Made by a program: the position numbers and the translations under genes. Below the pieces are notes generated by a model that searched no databases, was not told where the DNA came from, and was given only the letters and a program-made list of their open reading frames with translations. Below are positions 30,791-39,852 of a DNA stretch of 64,000 bases, in pieces. The stretch is from a virus (taxonomy: Duplodnaviria; Caudoviricetes): positions 32,001 to 96,000 of the IMG/VR virus record IMGVR_UViG_3300010346_001007; one strand, written 5' to 3'. Within the stretch, counting starts at the first letter, position 1. The number at the start of each line of letters is the position of its first letter.

Positions 30791-33505
30791 ATGGATATTA
30801 AATGGAGTGATCCATATTCTATGAAAATAGGGTTTCGCACCGTATGGCGAAGAGAGTGGTGTATTCCTCCCTCCATGTTAGAATCGTTTTTCATGTTCTG
30901 GAAACGTAACCGATTTAAGATGTTAGCCAATGGATTTACGGTTACTAAAAGTTCTAATACTGGAAAATGGTTTTTATTTGAAACTAAAGATAATATAAAA
31001 TTATTTGATTCTTTTAGTTTGGAGGAACCTTCGCTCCCCGTAGATTCTTTTGTATTACCGGATTATCAAATTAAGAATATACAAGGATTGCGTACTTGGC
31101 AAGTAGAATCTGCCGGAAAATTATGTGCAGCAATTAAGCATTGGGGCGCAGCCATTGATGGTAGCGATACTGGATGTCATGCTAAGGGTCAGCCAATTTT
31201 AATGGCTAATGGAACTATTAAAAAAGTTGAAGATATTATTGTTGGTGATATTATAATGGGATGGCAGGGACCTCAAATAGTAACAGAATTAAAACGTGGT
31301 CGACAGAGAATGGCTAAAATAATCCCTAAAAAAGGCAAATCTTTCATTGTAAATTTAGATCATATTTTAACTGTTGCATTGACCAACAGTTGTTCTAAAA
31401 CACATAAAACTACGGGAGGGTATTGTTATGGTAGTATTGTGGACATTAAAGTTAAAGATTATCTTAAATTATGTAATGCTACTAAACATGCAATGAAATT
31501 ATTCTCGGTTGCAGTAAATAATTGGGAGAGTAAAAATTTACCTTTTAGTCCATATTTTGTGGGTGCTTTACTCGGAGATGGAGGAATGTCAACACGATCT
31601 ACAGTTACATTTACATCTAAAAAAAGTGTAATTTGGGAAATGATTTCCAATGAATGTAATGAAAATGGATGGAAACTTGGGACTACAAAAGAGAACATTA
31701 CACGAAGAATAACTAATGCTCCAACATTATTTAAATGGTTAAGAGATAATAATTTGTTGCCAGTTTCATGTGCAAATAAATTTATTCCTCACAATTATAA
31801 AACGGGAAGTCAAGAGCAACGATTACAATTATTGGCCGGTTTGTTGGATACCGACGGTTATTATCATCGTAACAATGGATATGAAATAACATTAAAATCT
31901 TCTCGATTATCGGAAGATATAGTATTTGTTGCCCGATCCCTTGGATTATCAGCATATACTAACCCCTGTAAGAAAAAAAGTAGTACTGGAGTAATAGGAG
32001 ATTATTTTAGAACATTTATAAGCGGAAATGTTGATATAATACCATGTCGGGTCGATTATAAAAAAGCGAAACCCAGAAGACAAAAGAAAGATGCTCTACG
32101 TCGGGGATTTAGAATTGAATTACTCGAAGAAGACGATTACTATGGGTTTTCCCTGGATGGAGATGGTAGATTTTTATTGGGGGATTTTACTGTAACACAT
32201 AATACTGGTAAAACTTATTCTTCAATTGCAGTTGCTCGGGAATTAGATTTAAAAATTTGTGTAATATGTCCCAAATCAATTATTAATAAATGGAAACAAG
32301 TTATTACAGAACATTTTGGCCTTGGAGATAAATTAATTGATGTAACTAACTATGAAAAACTTATTCGAGGAAATAAGGATTCAAAAATTGGTTCGTTTGT
32401 ATTGCATCGTCATGCTAGAGGTAAAAAATTTGAATGGAAACTCCCTAAAAAAACACTTATTATATGGGACGAAGCACATAAATTAAAAAACTGGAAAACT
32501 CAAAATGCAAAAAGATGTAATGATGCCATTGTAAAGGGCTATCCGATGTTATTTTGTTCGGCCACCTTAGCTACTAATCCATTAGAAATGAGAGCTATTG
32601 GTAAAGCAGTTAAGTTATTTACTGGTAGCCGATCTTATTATGATTGGGCATATAATAATGGTGTATATAAAGGAACATGGGGGTTGGAATTTAATAATGA
32701 TAGAAGAGTACTTAAACGACTCAATCATCAATTATTTACCCAACGGGGAGTGCGGTTGAGGCGGGATAAAATACCCAATTTTCCAGTTAGCGAAATTAGT
32801 CCAGAAATATATGACATGGATTTACAAGATGTCAACAAGATCAATGAAATTTTTTGGGAAATGGAACGGGAACTTGAACTTGTTCGTCAGAGAGAAAAAG
32901 AAGATAAAAAAAGAGCCAATCAAGTAAATCAAGAATTACAAGAAATAGTAATTCAAATGCGAGCAAGACAAAAAACAGAATTAGTAAAAGTGCCCCTGTT
33001 TATAGAAATGATAGAAGAAGCTAAAGAAGAGGGGTTTTCAGTTGTAGTATTTGTTAATTTTACCGAAACTTTACAAGCAATGGCTAATCGTATTGGAACA
33101 ACATGTATTTTTGATGGACAAATTCCAGATAAAGAGCGAGCAAAAAATGTGAAGTTATTTCAAGCGGATAAAGAACGAGTAATTATTGTCAATACTCAAT
33201 CAGGAGGGACGGGATTAGATTTACATGATTTACATGGTAATTTTCCAAGATTAAGTTTAATTTCTCCTGCATATTCGGTTATCCTTATGAAACAAGCATT
33301 GGGCCGAGTTTGGAGAGATGGAGCTAAAACCAAAAGTCTTCAAAAAATTGTTTGCGTGGCAAATACAGTTGAAGAAAATGTATGTAAAAATTTGCAGAGA
33401 AAATTTAATAATTTGAGTTTATTGAATGATGGTGAATTGGATAAGTTAGATATACTTAGTGATAAAGATTTGGCATATTCGAGAAATTCAACAATAGATA
33501 TATAA
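30791..33505 (+). CDS. SF2 (SNF2-like) helicase containing an intein
   Basis: Walker A DTG|TGKT interrupted by the intein; DEAH, SAT, GGTGLDL, QALGRVWR. Confidence 0.88.
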   Translation: MDIKWSDPYSMKIGFRTVWRREWCIPPSMLESFFMFWKRNRFKMLANGFTVTKSSNTGKWFLFETKDNIKLFDSFSLEEPSLPVDSFVLPDYQIKNIQGLRTWQVESAGKLCAAIKHWGAAIDGSDTGCHAKGQPILMANGTIKKVEDIIVGDIIMGWQGPQIVTELKRGRQRMAKIIPKKGKSFIVNLDHILTVALTNSCSKTHKTTGGYCYGSIVDIKVKDYLKLCNATKHAMKLFSVAVNNWESKNLPFSPYFVGALLGDGGMSTRSTVTFTSKKSVIWEMISNECNENGWKLGTTKENITRRITNAPTLFKWLRDNNLLPVSCANKFIPHNYKTGSQEQRLQLLAGLLDTDGYYHRNNGYEITLKSSRLSEDIVFVARSLGLSAYTNPCKKKSSTGVIGDYFRTFISGNVDIIPCRVDYKKAKPRRQKKDALRRGFRIELLEEDDYYGFSLDGDGRFLLGDFTVTHNTGKTYSSIAVARELDLKICVICPKSIINKWKQVITEHFGLGDKLIDVTNYEKLIRGNKDSKIGSFVLHRHARGKKFEWKLPKKTLIIWDEAHKLKNWKTQNAKRCNDAIVKGYPMLFCSATLATNPLEMRAIGKAVKLFTGSRSYYDWAYNNGVYKGTWGLEFNNDRRVLKRLNHQLFTQRGVRLRRDKIPNFPVSEISPEIYDMDLQDVNKINEIFWEMERELELVRQREKEDKKRANQVNQELQEIVIQMRARQKTELVKVPLFIEMIEEAKEEGFSVVVFVNFTETLQAMANRIGTTCIFDGQIPDKERAKNVKLFQADKERVIIVNTQSGGTGLDLHDLHGNFPRLSLISPAYSVILMKQALGRVWRDGAKTKSLQKIVCVANTVEENVCKNLQRKFNNLSLLNDGELDKLDILSDKDLAYSRNSTIDI
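31175..32203 (+). mobile_element. intein with LAGLIDADG homing endonuclease (343 aa)
   Basis: Starts CHAKGQPILMANG; block B VNLDHIL; GALLGDG and LAGLLDTDG; ends FTVTHN followed by Thr+1. Confidence 0.92.
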
Positions 33506-33514
33506 GGAGTTGAT

Positions 33515-33859
33515 ATGGAAAAGACTATGAAGCCATCAAAGTTTAAAAATATAGTAGTGCGTTTATCGGCGGATAATATATTAGAGTTTAAAGTAGATAC
33601 TGATATTTTTGATGACCCTTTCATGGAAGCAGCAACTCGGGCAATAGAAAAATCTAAAAAATCTAAACATAGTATAGTACGAGCCATTACTGAATGTTGG
33701 GAGAAAAGATCGCCTAAAAAAGTTATTATGTATAATTCATATTGGATATTAGTTAATGCATCTTTATATTCGAAAGCCGAAATGCTGCGTGAAAAATTTA
33801 GAATGCAAACAAATTGTGATTTAGCAAAGGAGCCAATCCGTGGAGAACTTCCAGAATAA
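33515..33859 (+). CDS. hypothetical protein
   Basis: 114-aa ORF with upstream AAGGAG. Confidence 0.6.
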   Translation: MEKTMKPSKFKNIVVRLSADNILEFKVDTDIFDDPFMEAATRAIEKSKKSKHSIVRAITECWEKRSPKKVIMYNSYWILVNASLYSKAEMLREKFRMQTNCDLAKEPIRGELPE

Positions 33860-34574
33860 TAATATTACATCTTCTATTTCCGTTGAAACTCCTAAATTAA
33901 CATATGATACAACTGGAAATGATCGGGTATTAGCTATTATTTTAAAAAAACAAGAAGAATTAGAACGTGAACTGCACGATTTAAAAAATAAAAAAATATT
34001 AGAAGAAACTCAACTTCCAAAAGGAATATTAGAACAAAGCGGACATATTGTTCCTTATACTAAACGAGGAAAACGAGGAAGAGGTTATAGGCCCATTTTA
34101 AGATATGAAATTGAAGAAGCCATAAAACATTCGGGGTTTGGCGCTCAACAGGCCAAGTATTTAGGAGTACATATCGAAACATATAAAAAATATGCAAAGA
34201 TGTATGGTCTGTGGAATCCTCAACCGAATTTAAAAGGGAAAACTCGCAATTTAAATCCAGATAGTGGGAAATATCCACTTAATCGAATACTGGCGGGAGA
34301 TTTTAATGGACATCCTAAAGTTACAGATTGGATGGTTAAACGAAAACTATTAAAAACAAATATATTTCCTAAGTGTTGTGCTATATGTGGATATGATAAG
34401 AAAATTTTAGGAGGAACTTATCCAATTATATTATTAGATCATTTAGACGGTGATAGAAAAAATTTTAAGAAAGAAAATTTAAGATTTTTATGTTGGAATT
34501 GTACAGTAGAATGCGGACGGGGATACTGGTCACGAAAAATTAGTTTATTTGATCCACAATGTAAACCCCAGTGA
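33840..34574 (+). CDS. HNH-like endonuclease with N-terminal HTH-like region
   Basis: AKYLGVHIETYKKY; CAICG; LLDHLDGDRKNFKKENLRFLCWNC. Confidence 0.7.
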   Translation: MENFQNNNITSSISVETPKLTYDTTGNDRVLAIILKKQEELERELHDLKNKKILEETQLPKGILEQSGHIVPYTKRGKRGRGYRPILRYEIEEAIKHSGFGAQQAKYLGVHIETYKKYAKMYGLWNPQPNLKGKTRNLNPDSGKYPLNRILAGDFNGHPKVTDWMVKRKLLKTNIFPKCCAICGYDKKILGGTYPIILLDHLDGDRKNFKKENLRFLCWNCTVECGRGYWSRKISLFDPQCKPQ

Positions 34575-34585
34575 TATTTATTAAT

Positions 34586-35080
34586 ATGAAAAAACAACCA
34601 ATTCATATTTTAAATCAAATGGGAGTTATCCCATCTTTTTCGGTTGCTAAAAAAATTACGGATGAAGAAATACAGAAATTTTTTAAGAAATGGGAAAAAA
34701 TGGGAAAATCCGAAAAAGAATTGGAAGGAATGTTAAAAGAAAAAATATTAGGAGAAATTCATGAAGCATTATCGCAGGAAAAAATTCCTGGGTTATTACG
34801 ACCGATTGATATAGCTAATGAATTAAATATAGATCCAAATATTATAAGAAACATGCCTGAACTTAATCGGCTGATTATGGTTATTGCTCATAAATTAACT
34901 GAAAAAAATTATGATAAAATGTCTTTGTGCTATTTTATTGGTAAGCTTGTTGATTTTTTGGGTTTACAAGAAGCCGACTTTGAGAGATTTCATCGACGGA
35001 ATAATCAATCCAAAAAAAATGAGGAAGAGGAAGACGACGGCGATGACGACGATGAAGATGGAGTTGACCAGTTCAACTAA
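34586..35080 (+). CDS. hypothetical protein with acidic tail
   Basis: ORF ends EEEEDDGDDDDEDGVDQFN. Confidence 0.6.
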   Translation: MKKQPIHILNQMGVIPSFSVAKKITDEEIQKFFKKWEKMGKSEKELEGMLKEKILGEIHEALSQEKIPGLLRPIDIANELNIDPNIIRNMPELNRLIMVIAHKLTEKNYDKMSLCYFIGKLVDFLGLQEADFERFHRRNNQSKKNEEEEDDGDDDDEDGVDQFN

Positions 35081-35222
35081 TCAAAATTGGTGGGAAAGTG
35101 AATGGTATAAAGAATGGGAACAATCTACAAAAAGAAAGTATCATGGGAAACGAGATGGTGCTTGGTATTGTTATTATAATGAACGCCAAGAATTAGTTTA
35201 TGTATATTTGAAAAAATTATAA
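35058..35222 (+). CDS. small Trp/Tyr-rich hypothetical protein
   Basis: ATG at 35058 (MELTSSTNQNWWESEWY...); fills the gap before gmd. Confidence 0.4.
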   Translation: MELTSSTNQNWWESEWYKEWEQSTKRKYHGKRDGAWYCYYNERQELVYVYLKKL

Positions 35223-35230
35223 ATTATAAA

Positions 35231-36445
35231 ATGAGTTATAGTATGAAAATTTTAAGTATTGATGAAGCCGAAAAGAAAGCTAAACAAAATACATCGATTA
35301 TAATTACCGGAGTTACTGGACAAGATGGTAGTTTAATGACCGATTATTTACTTGCAAATACATCATTTATGATATTTGGAGGAGTTAGAAGGCTTAGTGT
35401 ATCTAATCATAAAAATATATTGCATTTATCTGATAATGAACGATTTGAATGTATAAATTTTGATTTAACGGATGCACATGTAATAGAAAAGGCAATTTCT
35501 ATAATTAAACCAGCATATTTTATTAATTTGGCAGCGCAGAGTTTTGTAAAATCATCTTGGGACTTCCCTGCCCAAACGTGGGCCGTAAATAGTACGGGGG
35601 TACTACATATATTAGAGGCGATTCATAGACATGTACCTACTTGCAGAGTGTACAATGCCGGTTCATCAGAAGAATTTGGAAATGTTCTGTATTCTCCACA
35701 AGATGAATTTCATTCGTTGCGTCCTCGCAGTCCGTATGGGGCAAGTAAAGCTGCGGCCCGACATTTAATTAAAGTTTATCGTGAATCTTATAAAATGTAT
35801 GCTTTACAAGGTTGGTTATTTAATCATGAAGGAGTCCGTCGTGGTGAAGAATTTGTAACTAGAAAAATTACAAAATACGTGGCTAATTTTTCAAAGAAAC
35901 TAAATAAAAATAATATAGAATCGATTAAAAGAATTCAACCGTTGGAATTAGGATATGTAAAAATTAAACGGGATTGGTCTGATGCCGAAGATTGTGTTGA
36001 TGCAATATGGAGAATGTTAAATCAAGAAAAATATAATGAACAAATTAAAAATTTGGTGTCCTTTAGCCTTTCCAAATATGGTACTTTTTCGGCTGAACTC
36101 ACCGAAAAGCTTTCTATGTTAATAAAAGAATATGTGGTTAGTTCGGGAGAAGATCATACTATTGATGAATTTGTACAAAAAGCATTTAAATATATTGGAA
36201 TCGAAGGAAAATGGGAAGGTGAAGGAATTAATACTAAATTTATATATGAATCCGGCAGTTCGGCCATTCAACCGGGAACCGTGTTAGTAAAAATTAATAC
36301 TGACTTTTATCGACCAGCCGAAGTAGAAAATCTGTGTGGAGATAGTTCGGCAATTAAACGAGATTTAAAATGGCAACCAAAAACTGCGTTTTCTCAGCTA
36401 ATAGAAAAAATGGTTAAGAATGATCTTGAATTTTTAAAATTATAA
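35231..36445 (+). CDS. gmd: GDP-mannose 4,6-dehydratase
   Basis: ITGVTGQDGS, NLAAQSFV, SSEEFG, PRSPYGASK, LFNHE, FVTRKIT, YRPAEV. Confidence 0.93.
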   Translation: MSYSMKILSIDEAEKKAKQNTSIIITGVTGQDGSLMTDYLLANTSFMIFGGVRRLSVSNHKNILHLSDNERFECINFDLTDAHVIEKAISIIKPAYFINLAAQSFVKSSWDFPAQTWAVNSTGVLHILEAIHRHVPTCRVYNAGSSEEFGNVLYSPQDEFHSLRPRSPYGASKAAARHLIKVYRESYKMYALQGWLFNHEGVRRGEEFVTRKITKYVANFSKKLNKNNIESIKRIQPLELGYVKIKRDWSDAEDCVDAIWRMLNQEKYNEQIKNLVSFSLSKYGTFSAELTEKLSMLIKEYVVSSGEDHTIDEFVQKAFKYIGIEGKWEGEGINTKFIYESGSSAIQPGTVLVKINTDFYRPAEVENLCGDSSAIKRDLKWQPKTAFSQLIEKMVKNDLEFLKL

Positions 36446-36538
36446 AATGCCTCTTTCGTTGGTGCCATGATATTTATTGGCATGAAGATAGGTTCCCTAC
36501 CGAACAAGCCGCTTATGATTATCAGCAAAAATGGATTA

Positions 36539-37162
36539 CTATTTCACGAGAAAATGAGACCAGTCCACATGTCTCGATTTACGGATCGTGTGAGATACCT
36601 TAATTGGTTGTGGATTATGAGGGTTAATTAATAATTTTAGTCCAACTTCGGAATTGAGCCGATTTCCTTTTTTATTGTTAATTGCTTTTGACGTTAGTAC
36701 AGTATTATCATACGTATCTTTTCCACCACGACTTAAAGGTACTACGTGGTCAATCGTAGCATGAGAAAAATCTAATTCTTCTCCTGTGTAAGCATTTATT
36801 CCATTATCACGAATGTATAATCCCTCTTTCGTCGGCTTTCCACGGAATTTCTTTTCGGGAATTTTGGCATAATTTTGTGCAATAACAACTGTAGGTACTC
36901 TGATTGTCATATGTGCGGAGGCTACGCTTAAATCCCACGGACGTACCGGAAGAGTTATCCATTCATTCCAATCGACAGGATTTACATATTCGTATGTTTC
37001 GAAATTAGGAGAACCATCATTATTGGTTTCATATACAATATCCATTGCTTTAATTACACCCGTAATTAAATCGCAGATAGTTTTACTAACCAGTTCAATC
37101 GCAACCGGCACCCAGTTTCGGTTTAATTTCAATACGATAGCTTTATTCGTTATATTTCTCAT
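36539..37162 (-). CDS. HNH endonuclease (McrA-like)
   Basis: VLKLN, RD...YTG, TIDHVVPLSRGG..N....INNKKGN. Confidence 0.85.
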   Translation of the reverse strand: MRNITNKAIVLKLNRNWVPVAIELVSKTICDLITGVIKAMDIVYETNNDGSPNFETYEYVNPVDWNEWITLPVRPWDLSVASAHMTIRVPTVVIAQNYAKIPEKKFRGKPTKEGLYIRDNGINAYTGEELDFSHATIDHVVPLSRGGKDTYDNTVLTSKAINNKKGNRLNSEVGLKLLINPHNPQPIKVSHTIRKSRHVDWSHFLVK

Positions 37163-37185
37163 ATTATGATATATATAGAAAAAAT

Positions 37186-38031
37186 TTACAGATTTCTGTA
37201 ATTTCCAATCTCTACTGTTTTACCATTCCATATCATCCAATGCATATTTCCTACTACTTCTAAACAAATGTTAGATGAAAGTTTAGGATTGTCAAGTACT
37301 CCCACGGGGGAGGACCCCCCACTGGGGGGGGTCCATTGACTTGCTTTATAATGTACTACCATCCCCGATTCCGATAAATAATTCCAATTTGGTTCTCCTA
37401 GTTGTGGAGAATGCCCCACAATTTGGTTAATTCCCGGTACACAAAGAAATTCCCGGTTGAAATCACACCATGTAATTCCGCCCACTTGAAAGGGGCCGTT
37501 TCGTGATTTTCCTGCGTTAAAAATCCAAGAATATTGATTATTGGCTATTTTATTAAGTCCAATTCTAATTTCTTGTTTTAACCAATTTGAAATATTTTCA
37601 ATAAAATTTTTACGATCATTTTTTAATTGTAATATTTTATCAGGTACATTATTTCGATGTAATCCTGCATGTGTTAATAACCATCGATTATTTAAAAAAT
37701 AAAACCATTTTAAATTATTCCAAATTTTATTTTCTGTTATATCTTGAATTAACCAATATTTCCATTGTTCATATCCAGTGCATTCCAATTTTTTATATGG
37801 AAAAGCATAATGAACATCATGGTTTCCAAATAGATGAATTCGATTAGGCATTTTCACCGAATGCACTAACCAGTCACAAGTATATTTTACTACTTCCGGA
37901 GTATCATCAATATTATCGAAATAATCCCCGAGAAAGATAACCTTATCTGCACCAACGGAACGGATTATTTTTTCTACTTCATCGACTTTATGATGAATAT
38001 CCGGAATAATTAAAACAATTTCATTATTCAT
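37186..38031 (-). CDS. calcineurin-like metallophosphoesterase
   Basis: DIH, GDYFD, GNHD, THAG, QIVGHS. Confidence 0.85.
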   Translation of the reverse strand: MNNEIVLIIPDIHHKVDEVEKIIRSVGADKVIFLGDYFDNIDDTPEVVKYTCDWLVHSVKMPNRIHLFGNHDVHYAFPYKKLECTGYEQWKYWLIQDITENKIWNNLKWFYFLNNRWLLTHAGLHRNNVPDKILQLKNDRKNFIENISNWLKQEIRIGLNKIANNQYSWIFNAGKSRNGPFQVGGITWCDFNREFLCVPGINQIVGHSPQLGEPNWNYLSESGMVVHYKASQWTPPSGGSSPVGVLDNPKLSSNICLEVVGNMHWMIWNGKTVEIGNYRNL

Positions 38032-38047
38032 CCGAACATTATACAAT

Positions 38048-38098
38048 GAACTACCCCTACGCTAAAGACGTAGGAGTTTTCTGGCGACTCAAAGATAA
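38048..38098 (+). mobile_element. isolated IS200/IS605-family end-like hairpin (non-autonomous remnant)
   Basis: GAACTACCCCTACGCTAAAGACGTAGGAGTTT: stem CCTACG/CGTAGG with CTAAAG loop, preceded by AACTACCC. Confidence 0.55.
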
Positions 38099-38115
38099 AT
38101 GATAGATTATTAATA

Positions 38116-38472
38116 TTATTTAAATGGATTAATAATAACCGATTTGTCTTTTTTCTCCCATCCTGCCGCCGCCATTTCTTCCTCGGTTACTACAGTTAAA
38201 TCTTCCTTAGTAGTCATGAGCATGACTGTAATGTTTTTTTCCTTAAATGCGGGGCCATATGGTTGAAGAAGCTTCTGAAATGCGGGCGCTATCATCATTT
38301 TATGACCCGGAGTGGGAGCATCAACTTTAATAATCAGAATGCTGTTATTTTTAAGTTCATTAACATTAATAACGGTTACATTGTCCGTTGGCAAAGTAAT
38401 TTCTTGGTTTAACTTTTCTGTTACATCATTGGTTACAGTTTTTTCTGAATTTGTATTTGTTTCATCACTCAT
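38116..38472 (-). CDS. hypothetical protein
   Basis: 118-aa ORF in the minus-strand operon. Confidence 0.6.
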   Translation of the reverse strand: MSDETNTNSEKTVTNDVTEKLNQEITLPTDNVTVINVNELKNNSILIIKVDAPTPGHKMMIAPAFQKLLQPYGPAFKEKNITVMLMTTKEDLTVVTEEEMAAAGWEKKDKSVIINPFK

Positions 38473-38602
38473 ATTTATTTTTCTTTTTCATTTTAGCACG
38501 ATTCCATTTTATTCGGTTAAAATTTTCGTACCATCGTTTAAAATTATATCCCTTTCTTGGCACTTGGCCTTTTCCTGCACCTGTAGATTTTTTCTCAGAC
38601 AT
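38465..38602 (-). CDS. small basic hypothetical protein (45 aa)
   Basis: Manual translation MSEKKSTGAGKGQVPRKGYNFKRWYENFNRIKW...; fills the operon gap. Confidence 0.5.
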   Translation of the reverse strand: MSEKKSTGAGKGQVPRKGYNFKRWYENFNRIKWNRAKMKKKNKYE

Positions 38603-38605
38603 ATA

Positions 38606-38920
38606 CTATTTAAAATCGGAAAACAAATTAAGTCTTGTATGATATTCTTTACGAATTACTTCTGTTATCAATTCTTCAAGCCGCCGTATTACACGTATAT
38701 AACTTTTTATATCAGATTTAAGACGGATTCGCCGCCAAAATCCAGTAGCGGTTTGTAATTCTTCTTCGGCCTTTTTTATTAGGCCCCGAAGATATTCAAT
38801 ATCGCCCCTTAATTGTTCAACTCTCTTATCAAATTTATCGAAGATTTTTTTATCTCGGGCGTCCATTGCAAGTGACCATTGAAGTCCCGAGGAAATAGGA
38901 TAGGGGTTTAGGTCGTTCAT
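38606..38920 (-). CDS. coiled-coil hypothetical protein
   Basis: 104-aa ORF in the minus-strand operon. Confidence 0.55.
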   Translation of the reverse strand: MNDLNPYPISSGLQWSLAMDARDKKIFDKFDKRVEQLRGDIEYLRGLIKKAEEELQTATGFWRRIRLKSDIKSYIRVIRRLEELITEVIRKEYHTRLNLFSDFK

Positions 38921-38960
38921 AATTTTATTATTCTTTAAGTTTGTTAATACGCATGTTTGT

Positions 38961-39836
38961 TCATAGTTTATTTACAAATATTACCGTGTCAAATTCGTCT
39001 TCGGTAGGACGTTGGTAACGAGACAACATTCGGTCAATGACTTCTTCTCCTACATTTCGCCCGCCGTTGGCTCCACGTCTTGCATTACGGTCCAAAAGAG
39101 TCTGTTTGTCACATTCAAAAACGACGGCAATTGTTTCTGCTCCCCGAGTTCGGGCAATGCTAATAAAATCTTTTCGAGTTTTTGGATACATATTAGTTGC
39201 ATCAAAAATGACGCTATTTTTTTCATCCAATGCTTGTCGCATTTGACTTCGGGCCATTTCAAATGCATGAGCCGAAACGGATTGGTCATTGGAATCACCG
39301 GACAATGCCCTACGGTTATCGTCGGGGCAAATTCTAACAATAGGTCCTTTATTATTTTTAATCATATTTTTGGCATGGGTCGTTTTTCCACTACCAGGTG
39401 CCCCAATCATAATCCACGCCTTCAAGGAAGTCAAGTCCTTATTTTGTTTATCGGCACCTGCTTTAAATTCCATTTCTATATTTTTAGCTCCCACGGGATT
39501 AAGAGTATGAATGTAATATTCAGGAAATGGCAAATTAAAATCTAAGCAATATTGGACTAACCATTTAGCAGCGTCATACCCCGTTTTTACAGTAAATGTT
39601 TGATAAGGAATAATATCGTTATTTTCTTCCGTTCCAGATAAAATAGTATTTATTACAGCATAATGCTCATTAGAAAGATCATGGTCAAAAGCTACTATTT
39701 CAGGAAGTCCCCGTTCTTTAATACATTCAACAAATTCATTATATGAACGTACTATAGTCCAACTGACAGACGGCAATTTGACCCATGTAATATCATTGGG
39801 TATGCGAATATCATCTAAAAATAAATTGTAATTCAT
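38961..39836 (-). CDS. cyclic-phosphate-processing receiver-like domain fused to polynucleotide kinase
   Basis: N-terminal LFLDDIR..FDHDL..TGYD..HTLNPVG; C-terminal GAPGSGKTT, PDDNR, DATN. Confidence 0.8.
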   Translation of the reverse strand: MNYNLFLDDIRIPNDITWVKLPSVSWTIVRSYNEFVECIKERGLPEIVAFDHDLSNEHYAVINTILSGTEENNDIIPYQTFTVKTGYDAAKWLVQYCLDFNLPFPEYYIHTLNPVGAKNIEMEFKAGADKQNKDLTSLKAWIMIGAPGSGKTTHAKNMIKNNKGPIVRICPDDNRRALSGDSNDQSVSAHAFEMARSQMRQALDEKNSVIFDATNMYPKTRKDFISIARTRGAETIAVVFECDKQTLLDRNARRGANGGRNVGEEVIDRMLSRYQRPTEDEFDTVIFVNKL

Positions 39837-39852
39837 AACTATTTATATATAA

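Noticed and set aside
39012-39545. Long antisense/overlapping ORFs (e.g. 39012-39545 +, 3829-4245 +, 38312-38758 +, 42334-42735 -)
   Set aside because: They are shadows of well-supported genes on the opposite strand and have no motifs
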